Shown in pieces: positions 1 through 8,865 of a DNA stretch of 32,000 bases. The stretch covers positions 1,830,001-1,862,000 of the forward strand of contig NC_009664.2 in the NCBI RefSeq assembly GCF_000017305.1. Reading direction: 5' to 3'. The position numbers and the translations under genes are program-made. The first letter of the stretch is position 1. Each line of letters starts with the position of its first letter. The notes under the pieces were generated by a model. That model worked only from the letters and a program-made list of their open reading frames with translations. It did not search any database and was not told the origin of the DNA. The DNA is from Kineococcus radiotolerans SRS30216 = ATCC BAA-149. GTDB taxonomy: Bacteria; Actinomycetota; Actinomycetes; Actinomycetales; Kineococcaceae.

Positions 1-42
1 GAGGTCGTCGCGGACGCCGAGTTCGACGCCCTGCACCCCTGA
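1..42 (+). CDS. 3' end of an unidentified upstream CDS (partial, runs off the window start)
   Basis: All frame-1 codons (gag gtc gtc gcg gac gcc gag ttc gac gcc ctg cac ccc) end in G/C, matching host coding bias. The frame stops at TGA 40-42. It is too short to assign a family. Confidence 0.3.
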   Translation, partial: EVVADAEFDALHP

Positions 43-151
43 CCGCTCCCGGCACCGCCCGGCGGGGGCGGCGGGGCCGGGGGAACTGGACACCGTGCAC
101 AGCCCGCGGGCCGGCGGGTGAGCACGGCCGGGAGCACGGCCCCCCGTTCCG

Positions 152-157
152 TAGAAT
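152..157 (+). promoter_or_regulatory. Candidate -10 hexamer TAGAAT for ask. Its position implies a leaderless or near-leaderless GTG-initiated mRNA.
   Basis: TAGAAT at 152-157 matches the actinobacterial TANNNT -10 pattern. Its end lies 8 nt before the GTG at 166 that gives the conserved (M)[10 protein letters not shown]-terminus. There is no Shine-Dalgarno sequence between them. Confidence 0.4.
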
Positions 158-165
158 CGCTCGTC

Positions 166-1454
<1,289 letters not shown>

Positions 1455-1458
<4 letters not shown>

Positions 1459-2528
1459 GCGAGAACCGCAAGCCCACCCTGGCCGTCGTCGGCGCCACCG
1501 GCGCCGTCGGCACCGTGATGCTCGGGATCCTCACCGAGCGCCCCGACGTGTGGGGCGAGATCCGCCTCGTGGCCTCCGCGCGCTCGGCGGGCAAGGTCCT
1601 GCGCGTGCGCGGCGAGGACGTCGTGGTGCGCGAGCTGACGCCGGAGGTCTTCGACGGCGTCGACGTCGCGATGTTCGACGTGCCCGACGAGGTCTCCGCG
1701 GTGTGGGCGCCGATCGCCGTCGAGCGCGGGGCCGTGGCCGTGGACAACTCCGGCGCGTTCCGGATGGACGACGAGGTCCCCCTCGTGGTCCCCGAGGTCA
1801 ACGGGGCCGCGGCGCGCAACCGCCCCAAGGGCATCATCGCGAACCCGAACTGCACGACGCTGACGATGATGGACGCCCTCGGCGCCCTGCACGAGCGGTG
1901 GCAGCTCACCGAGCTCGTCGTCGCCAGCTACCAGGCCGCCTCGGGCGCGGGGCAGCCCGGCGTGGACCGGCTCTACGACGAGATCGAGGTCGTCGCCGGG
2001 AACCGCACCCTGGGTTCGCGGGCCGGGGACACCGCGCAGGCGATCTCGGAGAAGCTCGGCGACGACTCCCCGTTCCAGACCCACCTCGCCCTCAACGTCA
2101 TCCCCGTCGCGGGGTCCCTGAAGGACGACGGCTGGACGAGCGAGGAGCTGAAGGTCCGCAACGAGTCCCGCAAGATCCTGGGGATCCCGGACCTGAAGGT
2201 CTCCGCGACCTGCGTGCGGGTGCCGGTGCAGACCACGCACTCCCTGGCCGTGCACGCGACCTTCGCCCGTCCCCTGGACGTCGCCGAGGCCACCGCGGCG
2301 CTGGAGGCGGCGCCCAGCGTCGAGGTGCAGGACGACCTCGCGAACGGCGTCTTCCCCACCCCGGCGGCCACCGTCGGCGGGGACCCGACGGTCGTGGGCC
2401 GGATCCGGCAGGCGCTGGACTTCCCCAACACCCTCGACCTGTTCGTCTGCGGGGACAACCTCCGCAAGGGGGCCGCGCTCAACACCGCGCAGATCGCCGA
2501 GCTCGTCGCGGCGGAACTCACCGCCTGA
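1455..2528 (+). CDS. asd: Aspartate-semialdehyde dehydrogenase
   Basis: [19 protein letters not shown] is a Rossmann N-terminus. IIANPNCTT carries the active-site Cys motif and the C-terminus has [20 protein letters not shown] 1455 overlaps the ask stop (ATGA), the classic ask-asd operon arrangement. Confidence 0.95.
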
Positions 2529-2550
2529 GCGCTGCCGCCCCGCACGACGT

Positions 2551-2582
2551 GAGGGCCCGTCTGGAACTCCGGGCGGGCCCTC
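2551..2582. terminator. GC-rich hairpin between convergent asd and the permease gene (candidate bidirectional terminator)
   Basis: gagggcccg (2551-2559) is perfectly complementary to cgggccctc (2574-2582), with a 14-nt loop. It lies 23 nt after the asd stop and 16 nt after the permease stop. There is no U-tract. Confidence 0.45.
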
Positions 2583-2597
2583 CGCGCGTTCCCGGGG

Positions 2598-3875
2598 TCA
2601 GGCGGCGGGGGTGGCGGTGCCGCGCGCCCGGGCCACGGCCCGCATCAGGTGGTACAGCCCGATCGCGGCGACCGTGCCCAGCGCGATGCCCTCGAAGGAC
2701 AGTCCGCCGGAGGTGGTGAGGGTGTAGTTCGCGATCCCGACGACCAGCGCCACGGCGGCGGTCGTGAGGTTCACCGGGTCGGAGAAGTCGACCTTGTTCT
2801 GCACCCAGATCCGGGCGCCGAGGACGCCGATCATCCCGTAGAGCAGCGTCGCGGCCCCGCCCAGGACGCCCGGGGGGATCGAGCCCACGAGGGCCCCGAA
2901 CTTCGGGGAGAACGACAGGACCAGCGCGGCGGCCGCGGCCACCCAGTACGCGGCCGTGGAGTACACCTTCGTCGCGGCCATCACCCCGATGTTCTCGGCG
3001 TACGTCGTCGTCCCCGAACCGCCGCCGAGACCGGCCAGCGTCGTGGCCAGGCCGTCGGCGAGCAGCGCCCGCCCGGCGAGGGGGTCCAGGTCGCGCCCGG
3101 TCATGGCCGCCACCGACTTCACGTGCCCGACGTTCTCGGCGACGAGCACGAACACCACGGGCAGGAACAGCGCGAGGCTGGAGACGTCGACGCGCGGGGC
3201 GGTGAAGGTCGGCAGCCCGACCCAGTCGGCCGCGCCCACCGCCTCCCAGGAGACCAGGCCCCGCACCGCGGCGACGAGGTAGCCGACGACGACCCCGACG
3301 AGGATCGCGAGCCGGCCCAGCAGCCCGCGGAACAGCACGCTGGTCAGCGCGATGGCGAGCAGCGTGACGACGGCCGTCACCGGGTCGGCGCGGAACCCGG
3401 AGTCCTCCGTCGTCCCCCACGCCGCGGGGGCCAGGTTCAGCCCGATGAGCGCGACGATGGTGCCGGTCACCACCGGCGGCATCACCACGTCGATCCAGCG
3501 CGACCCCGCCACGTGGACGGCGAGCCCCACCACGGCCAGCAGCAGCCCGGTGACGAGGATCCCGCCGGTCGCCGAGCCCGCGGCGCTGCCCAGGACGGGG
3601 GCGATGAAGGCGAAGGAGGAACCGAGGTAGCTGGGCAGCCGGTTGCGGGTGATCAGCAGGAACAGCGCGGTGCCGATCGCGGAGAAGAAGAGCGTCGTGG
3701 CGACGGGGAACCCCGTGATGGCCGGCACCAGCACCGTCGAGCCGAACATCGCCACGACGTGCTGGAGGCCGATGCCGACCGTCCGCGGCCACGCGAGCCG
3801 CTCCTCGGGCGCCACGACCGCCCCCGGGGACGCCGCCCGCCCGTCGCCGTGCAACTGCCAACCGGTCCTCGCCAT
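2598..3875 (-). CDS. NCS2-family nucleobase:cation symporter (uracil/xanthine permease-like)
   Basis: This is a 425-aa polytopic membrane protein with GLQHVVAMFGSTVLVP and GGGSGTTTYAENIGVMAATKVYS motifs typical of uracil-xanthine permeases. GAGAGGAA sits 5 nt upstream of ATG 3875. Confidence 0.85.
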   Translation of the reverse strand: MARTGWQLHGDGRAASPGAVVAPEERLAWPRTVGIGLQHVVAMFGSTVLVPAITGFPVATTLFFSAIGTALFLLITRNRLPSYLGSSFAFIAPVLGSAAGSATGGILVTGLLLAVVGLAVHVAGSRWIDVVMPPVVTGTIVALIGLNLAPAAWGTTEDSGFRADPVTAVVTLLAIALTSVLFRGLLGRLAILVGVVVGYLVAAVRGLVSWEAVGAADWVGLPTFTAPRVDVSSLALFLPVVFVLVAENVGHVKSVAAMTGRDLDPLAGRALLADGLATTLAGLGGGSGTTTYAENIGVMAATKVYSTAAYWVAAAAALVLSFSPKFGALVGSIPPGVLGGAATLLYGMIGVLGARIWVQNKVDFSDPVNLTTAAVALVVGIANYTLTTSGGLSFEGIALGTVAAIGLYHLMRAVARARGTATPAA

Positions 3876-3930
3876 GCGCGTTCCTCTCGTTCCGGTCCGG
3901 CCCGTGCGGACCCCGCGGAAGACTAAGGGG

Positions 3931-4542
3931 ATGCGCCTGCCCCGGTGGACCGCCGCCGCTCTCGTCCTCGTCGCGACCGTCGCGCAGCTGCTGCTCGCGA
4001 CGTTCGCGCGCGACCTCCCGCAGTTCGCGGGGAAGGCGTTCGGGGCCCGGCTGGTGTCCTACCCGGTGCTGATGCTGCTCGTCCCGCTGCTGTGGCGGGT
4101 CCGGCACCGCCGCGGGGACCGCGCGCCGCGGCCGGTGCCCCGCCCGGTGCCGTGGGCGGGGTTCACCCTGGTGATGCTGCCGTTCCTCGTCGACGTCAGC
4201 GGCAACACCCTGAACCTCTACGACACCGTCGTCTGGTGGGACGACGCCCTGCACTTCCTGAACTGGTGCCTGCTCACCCTGGGCCTGGGCCTCGTCCTGG
4301 ACGTCGCCGCGGTGCGCCCGCGGTGGGCGCGGGCGGTCGCCGTCGTCGGCGGGGGCGCGCTGCTGGCGCTGCTGTGGGAGGTCGGGGAGTGGTGGACGTT
4401 CATCCGCCACGGCACCGAGATCGCCACCGCCTACGAGGACACCCTGGGCGACATGGCGCTGGGCACGACCGGGTCGGCGGTCGCGCTGGTCCTGCTCGTC
4501 CTCAGGGCCGGTCGGGGTCGTCCGGTCCGCGCCCGTCCTTGA
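3931..4542 (+). CDS. Hypothetical integral membrane protein
   Basis: ATG 3931 follows aaGGGG. The product (MRLPRWTAAALVLVATVAQLL...) has several hydrophobic helices and Trp-rich loops (WWDDALHFLNW, WEVGEWWTF). I do not recognise a family. The upstream part of ORF 3643-4542 is antisense to the permease. Confidence 0.6.
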   Translation: MRLPRWTAAALVLVATVAQLLLATFARDLPQFAGKAFGARLVSYPVLMLLVPLLWRVRHRRGDRAPRPVPRPVPWAGFTLVMLPFLVDVSGNTLNLYDTVVWWDDALHFLNWCLLTLGLGLVLDVAAVRPRWARAVAVVGGGALLALLWEVGEWWTFIRHGTEIATAYEDTLGDMALGTTGSAVALVLLVLRAGRGRPVRARP

Positions 4543-4660
4543 ACTCGTCGCGCAGGCGCCGCGGGTCGGCCGGGGGCAGGTTCGAGCCCGAGCCCCGCAG
4601 CCGCCGGTAGGCGAGGAAGGCGACCACGGCCAGGACGAGGACGACCAGGAGGTACTTCAC
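4502..4660 (-). CDS. Small single-pass membrane protein (52 aa), absent from the ORF track
   Basis: GTG 4660 to TGA 4502 encodes VKYLLVVLVLAVVAFLAYRRLRGSGSNLPPADPRRLRDEFKDGRGPDDPDRP. All but one of its third codon positions are G/C, and it has an N-terminal TM helix followed by a charged tail. It overlaps the 3' end of 3931-4542 convergently by 41 nt. Confidence 0.3.
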   Translation of the reverse strand: MKYLLVVLVLAVVAFLAYRRLRGSGSNLPPADPRRLRDEFKDGRGPDDPDRP

Positions 4661-4689
4661 GCCGCGAGCCTACGCGGCGCCCGCGCGGG

Positions 4690-5037
4690 TCAGTGCAGCT
4701 TCGTCGTCCAGTTCCACGGCACCCGCCCGCGCGGGCCGGGGGCCGGCTGGTCGTCGGGGTGGTTCAGCGGCGGGGCCAGGTCGGGACCGGAGGCGTAGGT
4801 CTCGTCGCTGCCGAAGTCGTAGAACCACTCCTCCCCCGGTTCGTAGCTGCGCACGACGGTGTGCCCGGACGCCGCGACGTGGGCGCGGGCGTGCTGGGCG
4901 GGCGAGGAGTCGCAGCAGCCGACGTGCCCGCACGCCGCGCAGCGGCGCAGGTGGAACCACCAGCCCCGCGGTTCGGCCGCCTCGCAGTCCGCGCAGCCGG
5001 GTCCGCTCGGTGCGGCGGTGGGGTCGATCAGGTCCAC
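4690..5037 (-). CDS. UBP-type (ZnF-UBP/BUZ-like) zinc-finger domain protein
   Basis: The Cys/His ligand pattern is CADCEAAEPRGWWFHLRRCAACGHVGCCDSSPAQHARAHVAASGH. I set the start at GTG 5037 because AGGAGGGA lies 5 nt upstream, inside the kinase 3' end. The ATG at 5070 is an alternative start. Confidence 0.8.
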   Translation of the reverse strand: MDLIDPTAAPSGPGCADCEAAEPRGWWFHLRRCAACGHVGCCDSSPAQHARAHVAASGHTVVRSYEPGEEWFYDFGSDETYASGPDLAPPLNHPDDQPAPGPRGRVPWNWTTKLH

Positions 5038-6413
5038 GGTCGTCCCTCCTGGGGGTTCGTCGGCAACCACACCCGGAACACGGTGTCCCCGGGTCCGCTC
5101 GTCACGCCGAGGCGCCCGTGGTGGCGGTGCACCACGACCCGCCAGGCGATGTCCAGGCCCAGCCCGGTCCCCTCCCCGACGTCCTTGGTGGTGACGAACG
5201 GCTCGAAGACGCGCGGCAGCACGTCCGCGGGGACACCCGGCCCGTCGTCGGCGACCTCGACGACGACCCCCGCCCCGTCGGGGTCGTCACGCACCCGCAC
5301 CGTCACGGTGCCCGCGCCCCCCGGCCCGCCCGCCACGGCGTCGAGGGCGTTGTCGAGCAGGTTCGTCCAGACCTGGGTGAGCTCCCCGGCGTGCCCGAGC
5401 ACCTGCGGGACCTCGGCGTAGTCCGTCACGACCCGGGCGCGGCCCACGGCCCGCCCGGCCCCCGCCCCGAGCATCGCGATCGCGGCGTCGAGCAGCTCGC
5501 GCACGTCGACCCAGCGGTTGTCGGTGCGGTCCAGCTGCGCGTAGCGGCCCGCGGAGGCCAGCAGGTCGCTGATGCGCGCCGACGCCGCCGACGCCTCCGC
5601 GAGGAGCGAGCGGACCGCGAGGCTGCGCGCGTACCGCTCGACGGTCGCCCGGTCCCCCAGCGCGGTCAGGTCGCCGGCGCCCACGCCGTGCTCGACGAGC
5701 ACCGGGGCGAGGTCGTCGGCGTCGTCCACCCCCAGCTCGTCGAGGACGTCGAGCAGGACGTCCTCGGCCTCGGCGCGGCGCAGCGGGTCCAGGGGGGCCG
5801 CGGCGCGGGGGGCGGGCAGGGCCGGCGCCCCGGGGACGGCGCGGTCCAGCGCGGCCAGCCCGCCCTGCAGCTGCTCCAGGGTGCGGGCCAGCGCGGCGGC
5901 CGGGTTGCCGAGCTCGTGGGTGAGCCCGGCGGTCAGCGACCCCAGCGCCAGCAGGCGCTCGCGGGCGGCGGTGAGCTCCTGGGCCTCGGCGAGACCGACG
6001 CGCAGGCCCTCCAGCAGGTGCACGGCCATGGGGAACCACTCCCGCACGACCCGGCCGAACTCCGCGGCCGGCAGGGCGAAGAGCCGGGCGGGTTCCAGGA
6101 CCCGGGCGGAGGAGCTGTACCCCTCCGGCGCGGCGTCGCCGAGGTAGGCCTCCCAGGCCCCGCAGTACACCCCGCGCTGGCGGGTGCGGCTGATCTCGAG
6201 GTCGTCGCCGCCGCTGCGGTGGGACAGCGCGAGCGTCCCGGAGAGCAGGACGTAGAAGCAGGTGGCCTCCTCGCCCTCCCGGTACAGCCAGCCGGGGGCG
6301 GCCTCGACGACGTCGCCCGCGGTGGAGAGCAGGTGCAACTGCTCCTCGGAGAGCCCCTCGAAGAGGAACAGCGTCCGCAGCTCCTCGACGGGCAGCTTCG
6401 CCGCGGTGCTCAC
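5028..6413 (-). CDS. Histidine kinase with an N-terminal cyclic-nucleotide-binding-like domain
   Basis: The N-terminus reads LFLFEGLSEEQLHLLS...CFYVLLSGTL...ARVLEPARLFALP (cNMP-binding fold). It is followed by the H-box LTAGLTHELGNPAAA and an HATPase (NLLDNALDAV, VADDGPGVP, GEGTGLGLDIA). GTG 6413 overlaps the upstream stop (GTGA). Confidence 0.85.
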   Translation of the reverse strand: MSTAAKLPVEELRTLFLFEGLSEEQLHLLSTAGDVVEAAPGWLYREGEEATCFYVLLSGTLALSHRSGGDDLEISRTRQRGVYCGAWEAYLGDAAPEGYSSSARVLEPARLFALPAAEFGRVVREWFPMAVHLLEGLRVGLAEAQELTAARERLLALGSLTAGLTHELGNPAAALARTLEQLQGGLAALDRAVPGAPALPAPRAAAPLDPLRRAEAEDVLLDVLDELGVDDADDLAPVLVEHGVGAGDLTALGDRATVERYARSLAVRSLLAEASAASARISDLLASAGRYAQLDRTDNRWVDVRELLDAAIAMLGAGAGRAVGRARVVTDYAEVPQVLGHAGELTQVWTNLLDNALDAVAGGPGGAGTVTVRVRDDPDGAGVVVEVADDGPGVPADVLPRVFEPFVTTKDVGEGTGLGLDIAWRVVVHRHHGRLGVTSGPGDTVFRVWLPTNPQEGRPWT

Positions 6414-8146
6414 GACTGCGCCAGGTAGCGGTGCACGAGCATGACGGCCATCGCGCCCTCGCCGACGGCGGAGGCGACGCGCTTCACCGAGTCCGCGCGC
6501 GCGTCCCCGGCGACGAACACCCCGGGGACGGAGGTCTCCAGGTGGTAGGGGGCCCGTTCCAGCGCCCAGCCGGGCGGGCGGCCGTCCTCCAGGTGCAGGT
6601 CGGGGCCGGCGACGACGAAGCCGTGCGCGTCGCGCTGCAGCGTCCCCTCCAGCCAGGCGGTGCGGGGCGCGGCCCCGATGAACACGAACACGTGGGTCGC
6701 GGGGACCTCGTGCTCCTGCCCGGACTGCCTGTCGCGCAGCACGATCGAGCGCAGGTGGCCCTCGCCGTCCTCGTCGCCGCGGGCGGAGACGACCTCGGTG
6801 CAGGTGCGCACCGCGACGTTGCCGAGGGCGCGAATCTGCTCGACGAGGTAGGCCGACATCGACGCCTCGATGCTCGGTCCCCGCACGAGCAGGGTGACGC
6901 TGCGGGCGGAACGGGCCAGGTTCACCGCGGACTGCCCGGCGGAGTTCGCCGCGCCCACGACGAAGACGTCCTCGTCGGCACAGGCCCCGACCTCGCTGAG
7001 CGCGGCGCCGTAGTAGATCCCGCGGCCGGTGAACTCCTCCAGCCCCGGGCCCTCCAGCGTGCGGTAGGAGACGCCGGTGGCGAGCAGGACGGTGTGCGCG
7101 GCGACGCTGCTGCCGTCGGCGAAGCGGACGACGTGCGCGCCGCCGGCGCTCTCCAGCCCGGTGACGCTGCGCGCGGCGAGGGTCTCGGCGCCGAACTTCG
7201 CGACCTGCCGGCGCGCCCGGTCGGCCAGCTGCGCCCCGGACAGCCCGTCGGGGAAGCCGAGGTAGTTCTCGATCCGGGAGCTCTGCCCGGCCTGCCCGCC
7301 GGTGGCGTGCTCCTCGACGAGGACCGTCCGCAGCCCCTCCGAGGCGCCGTAGACGGCGGCCCCCAGCCCGGCGGGGCCCCCGCCGACGATCGCGAGGTCG
7401 TAGAACTCCCGCTGCGGGCGGGTGGAGAGGCCCACGTGGTCGGCCAGCGCGGTGTCGTCGGGGTCGACGAGCACCTGCGGTCCCCCCGGGCCGGGACCGG
7501 GGGCCAGCACGACGGGCAGCCGCGTCGTGGCGGCGTCGTGGCCGGAGGCGCTGAGCAACCGGTCCGCCTCGGGCTGCCCGGCCAGCAGCCACCGGTAGGG
7601 GACCTCGTTGCGGGCGAGGAAGTCGCGCACCGCGAAGGAGCGCGCGGACCAGCGGTCGCCGATGACGGCGACCTCGTCGGCGGGGCGGGCGGGGATCGCG
7701 CGCCAGGACTCCAGCAGGGCGTCCAGCACCGGGTAGAGCTTCTCCTCCGGCGGGTTCCACGGCTTGAGGAGGTAGTGGTCGAGGTCGACGTCGTTGATGG
7801 CGCGGATGGCCGCGGAGGTGTCGGCGTAGGCGGTCAGCAGGACCCGGCGCGCGGTGGGGAAGAGGTCCATCGCCTGCTCGAGCAGTTCGACGCCGTCCAT
7901 CTGCGGCATCCGGTAGTCGGCGAGGACGGCCGCGACGGGTTCCCCGCGCAGCGCCAGCTCGCGCAGCGCGGTGAGGGCGTCCGCGCCGGACTCCGCGCGC
8001 AGGACGCGGTACTCCTGGCCGTAACGGCGGCGCAGGTCGCGGGCCACCGCGCGCGACACCGCGGGGTCGTCGTCCACCGTCAGCAGCACCGGCCGACCGC
8101 TCGCGCGCCGCTCGTCCACCACGGGCTCCACCTCAGGGTCCACCAC
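6410..8146 (-). CDS. Fused response-regulator receiver / thioredoxin-reductase-like FAD-dependent oxidoreductase
   Basis: The REC domain reads VLLTVDDDPAV...VLADYRMPQMDG...LLKPW. The flavoprotein part reads YDLAIVGGGPAGLGAAVYGASEG...VFVVGAANSAGQSA...GVFVAGDA. I set the start at GTG 8146, with GGGAG 9 nt upstream. The longest ORF reaches 8293, but that extension is Arg/Pro-rich with poor codon bias. Confidence 0.85.
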   Translation of the reverse strand: MVDPEVEPVVDERRASGRPVLLTVDDDPAVSRAVARDLRRRYGQEYRVLRAESGADALTALRELALRGEPVAAVLADYRMPQMDGVELLEQAMDLFPTARRVLLTAYADTSAAIRAINDVDLDHYLLKPWNPPEEKLYPVLDALLESWRAIPARPADEVAVIGDRWSARSFAVRDFLARNEVPYRWLLAGQPEADRLLSASGHDAATTRLPVVLAPGPGPGGPQVLVDPDDTALADHVGLSTRPQREFYDLAIVGGGPAGLGAAVYGASEGLRTVLVEEHATGGQAGQSSRIENYLGFPDGLSGAQLADRARRQVAKFGAETLAARSVTGLESAGGAHVVRFADGSSVAAHTVLLATGVSYRTLEGPGLEEFTGRGIYYGAALSEVGACADEDVFVVGAANSAGQSAVNLARSARSVTLLVRGPSIEASMSAYLVEQIRALGNVAVRTCTEVVSARGDEDGEGHLRSIVLRDRQSGQEHEVPATHVFVFIGAAPRTAWLEGTLQRDAHGFVVAGPDLHLEDGRPPGWALERAPYHLETSVPGVFVAGDARADSVKRVASAVGEGAMAVMLVHRYLAQS

Positions 8147-8720
8147 AGCCGGAAGCTCCCACCCGTCCCCGCCCGTGGTCAAGCCTCGGGGCCACCGCGG
8201 CCGGCGATGCAGTCGTCGTGCGGATGCCCGGGCCGGTGCCCGGGGCGGGGATCGGGCCGTCTCGGCCACTGCGGTGGCGGTGACGTCCGCCACGTCCTAC
8301 CTGCGGCGCTCGCCGGCTCGCCGAACGCGACGTGGACGAGGACGACGGTGGGGCGGGTGGGGGTTCCGGTCACGCTGCACCTCCGGTTCGGGGCCGTGGT
8401 CGGGTTCGAGGTCAGGCGGCCTCGGGGCGGCCGCGCACGACGGCCGGGACCCCGTCCACCGAGGCCGGCGGGTGGCGCCGGTGGGCGGTCCCCGCTCTCG
8501 TCCCCGGCGTCGTGCACGACGAGGACGTTAGGCGGGCGGGCGGGCACGAGCCAGGCCCTGAGAGGGTCAGGTCCACCGCCGCGAGCGGGGTCCGGGATCG
8601 GGGAGGATCACCCCGACCGCGATCGGGAGGAGTCCCCTCGTGCCCGGGAACCCGGAGGACACCTCCCTCTGAACCCGCCCAGGCGTTCGTCGACGCCACC
8701 GAGAACGGTCAGCCGGGTAC

Positions 8721-8865
8721 CGGTGAACGTGGTCTCAACCGTGTTCACACCACCGTGCGTTCCCGCGCTGAGCAGGGCGACGCCTGCTCGAAGAACCACC
8801 CCGACCACTCCTCGACGAGGAGAGGCAGCACTCAGCGCGTCGGTTCGAGCAGGGCTCGAGCCGAC
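8721..8865 (+). promoter_or_regulatory. Structured 5' leader candidate upstream of the hydrolase gene (four stem-loops)
   Basis: The four stems are: 8723-8732/8739-8748 (10 bp, 2 G-U pairs); 8770-8776/8783-8789 (7 bp); the palindrome ctcctcgacgaggag at 8808-8822; and 8839-8849/8855-8865 (11 bp, 1 G-U pair). The G-U pairs are valid only in a plus-strand RNA. SD GGAGG at 8874-8878 and ATG 8885 follow. Confidence 0.3.

Noticed and set aside
2518-4410. 630-aa minus-strand ORF (also 2649-3926 +, 425 aa) overlapping the permease and membrane-protein genes
   Set aside because: The translations are Arg/Gly/Pro/Asp-rich low-complexity sequence with no domain signatures. They run out of frame or antisense to a convincing NCS2 permease. 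These are typical high-GC shadow ORFs.
5038-5070. ATG 5070 as the ZnF-UBP start
   Set aside because: It would overlap the kinase by 43 nt and has no SD. GTG 5037 is preceded by AGGAGGGA at ideal spacing. It is kept as an alternative only.
5010-6428. 472-aa plus-strand ORF antisense to the histidine kinase (also 5287-6039 - and 5572-6147 +)
   Set aside because: They are Arg/Gly/Pro-rich with no motifs. The opposite strand encodes a complete cNMP-HisKA-HATPase protein with proper codon bias.
8391-8430. GGTTCGAG-containing stretches (here and at 8842-8849) that superficially resemble a tRNA T-loop
   Set aside because: The flanking bases do not form a 5-bp T-stem, and no acceptor, D or anticodon arms can be drawn. 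No tRNA is supported.
8770-8822. Two nearby hairpins with CGACG-containing loops, reminiscent of the tandem-hairpin guanidine-II (mini-ykkC) riboswitch
   Set aside because: The loops are not the conserved ACGR tetraloop closed by G-C pairs (GG-ACGR-CC). The downstream gene is also not a guanidine transporter or carboxylase.
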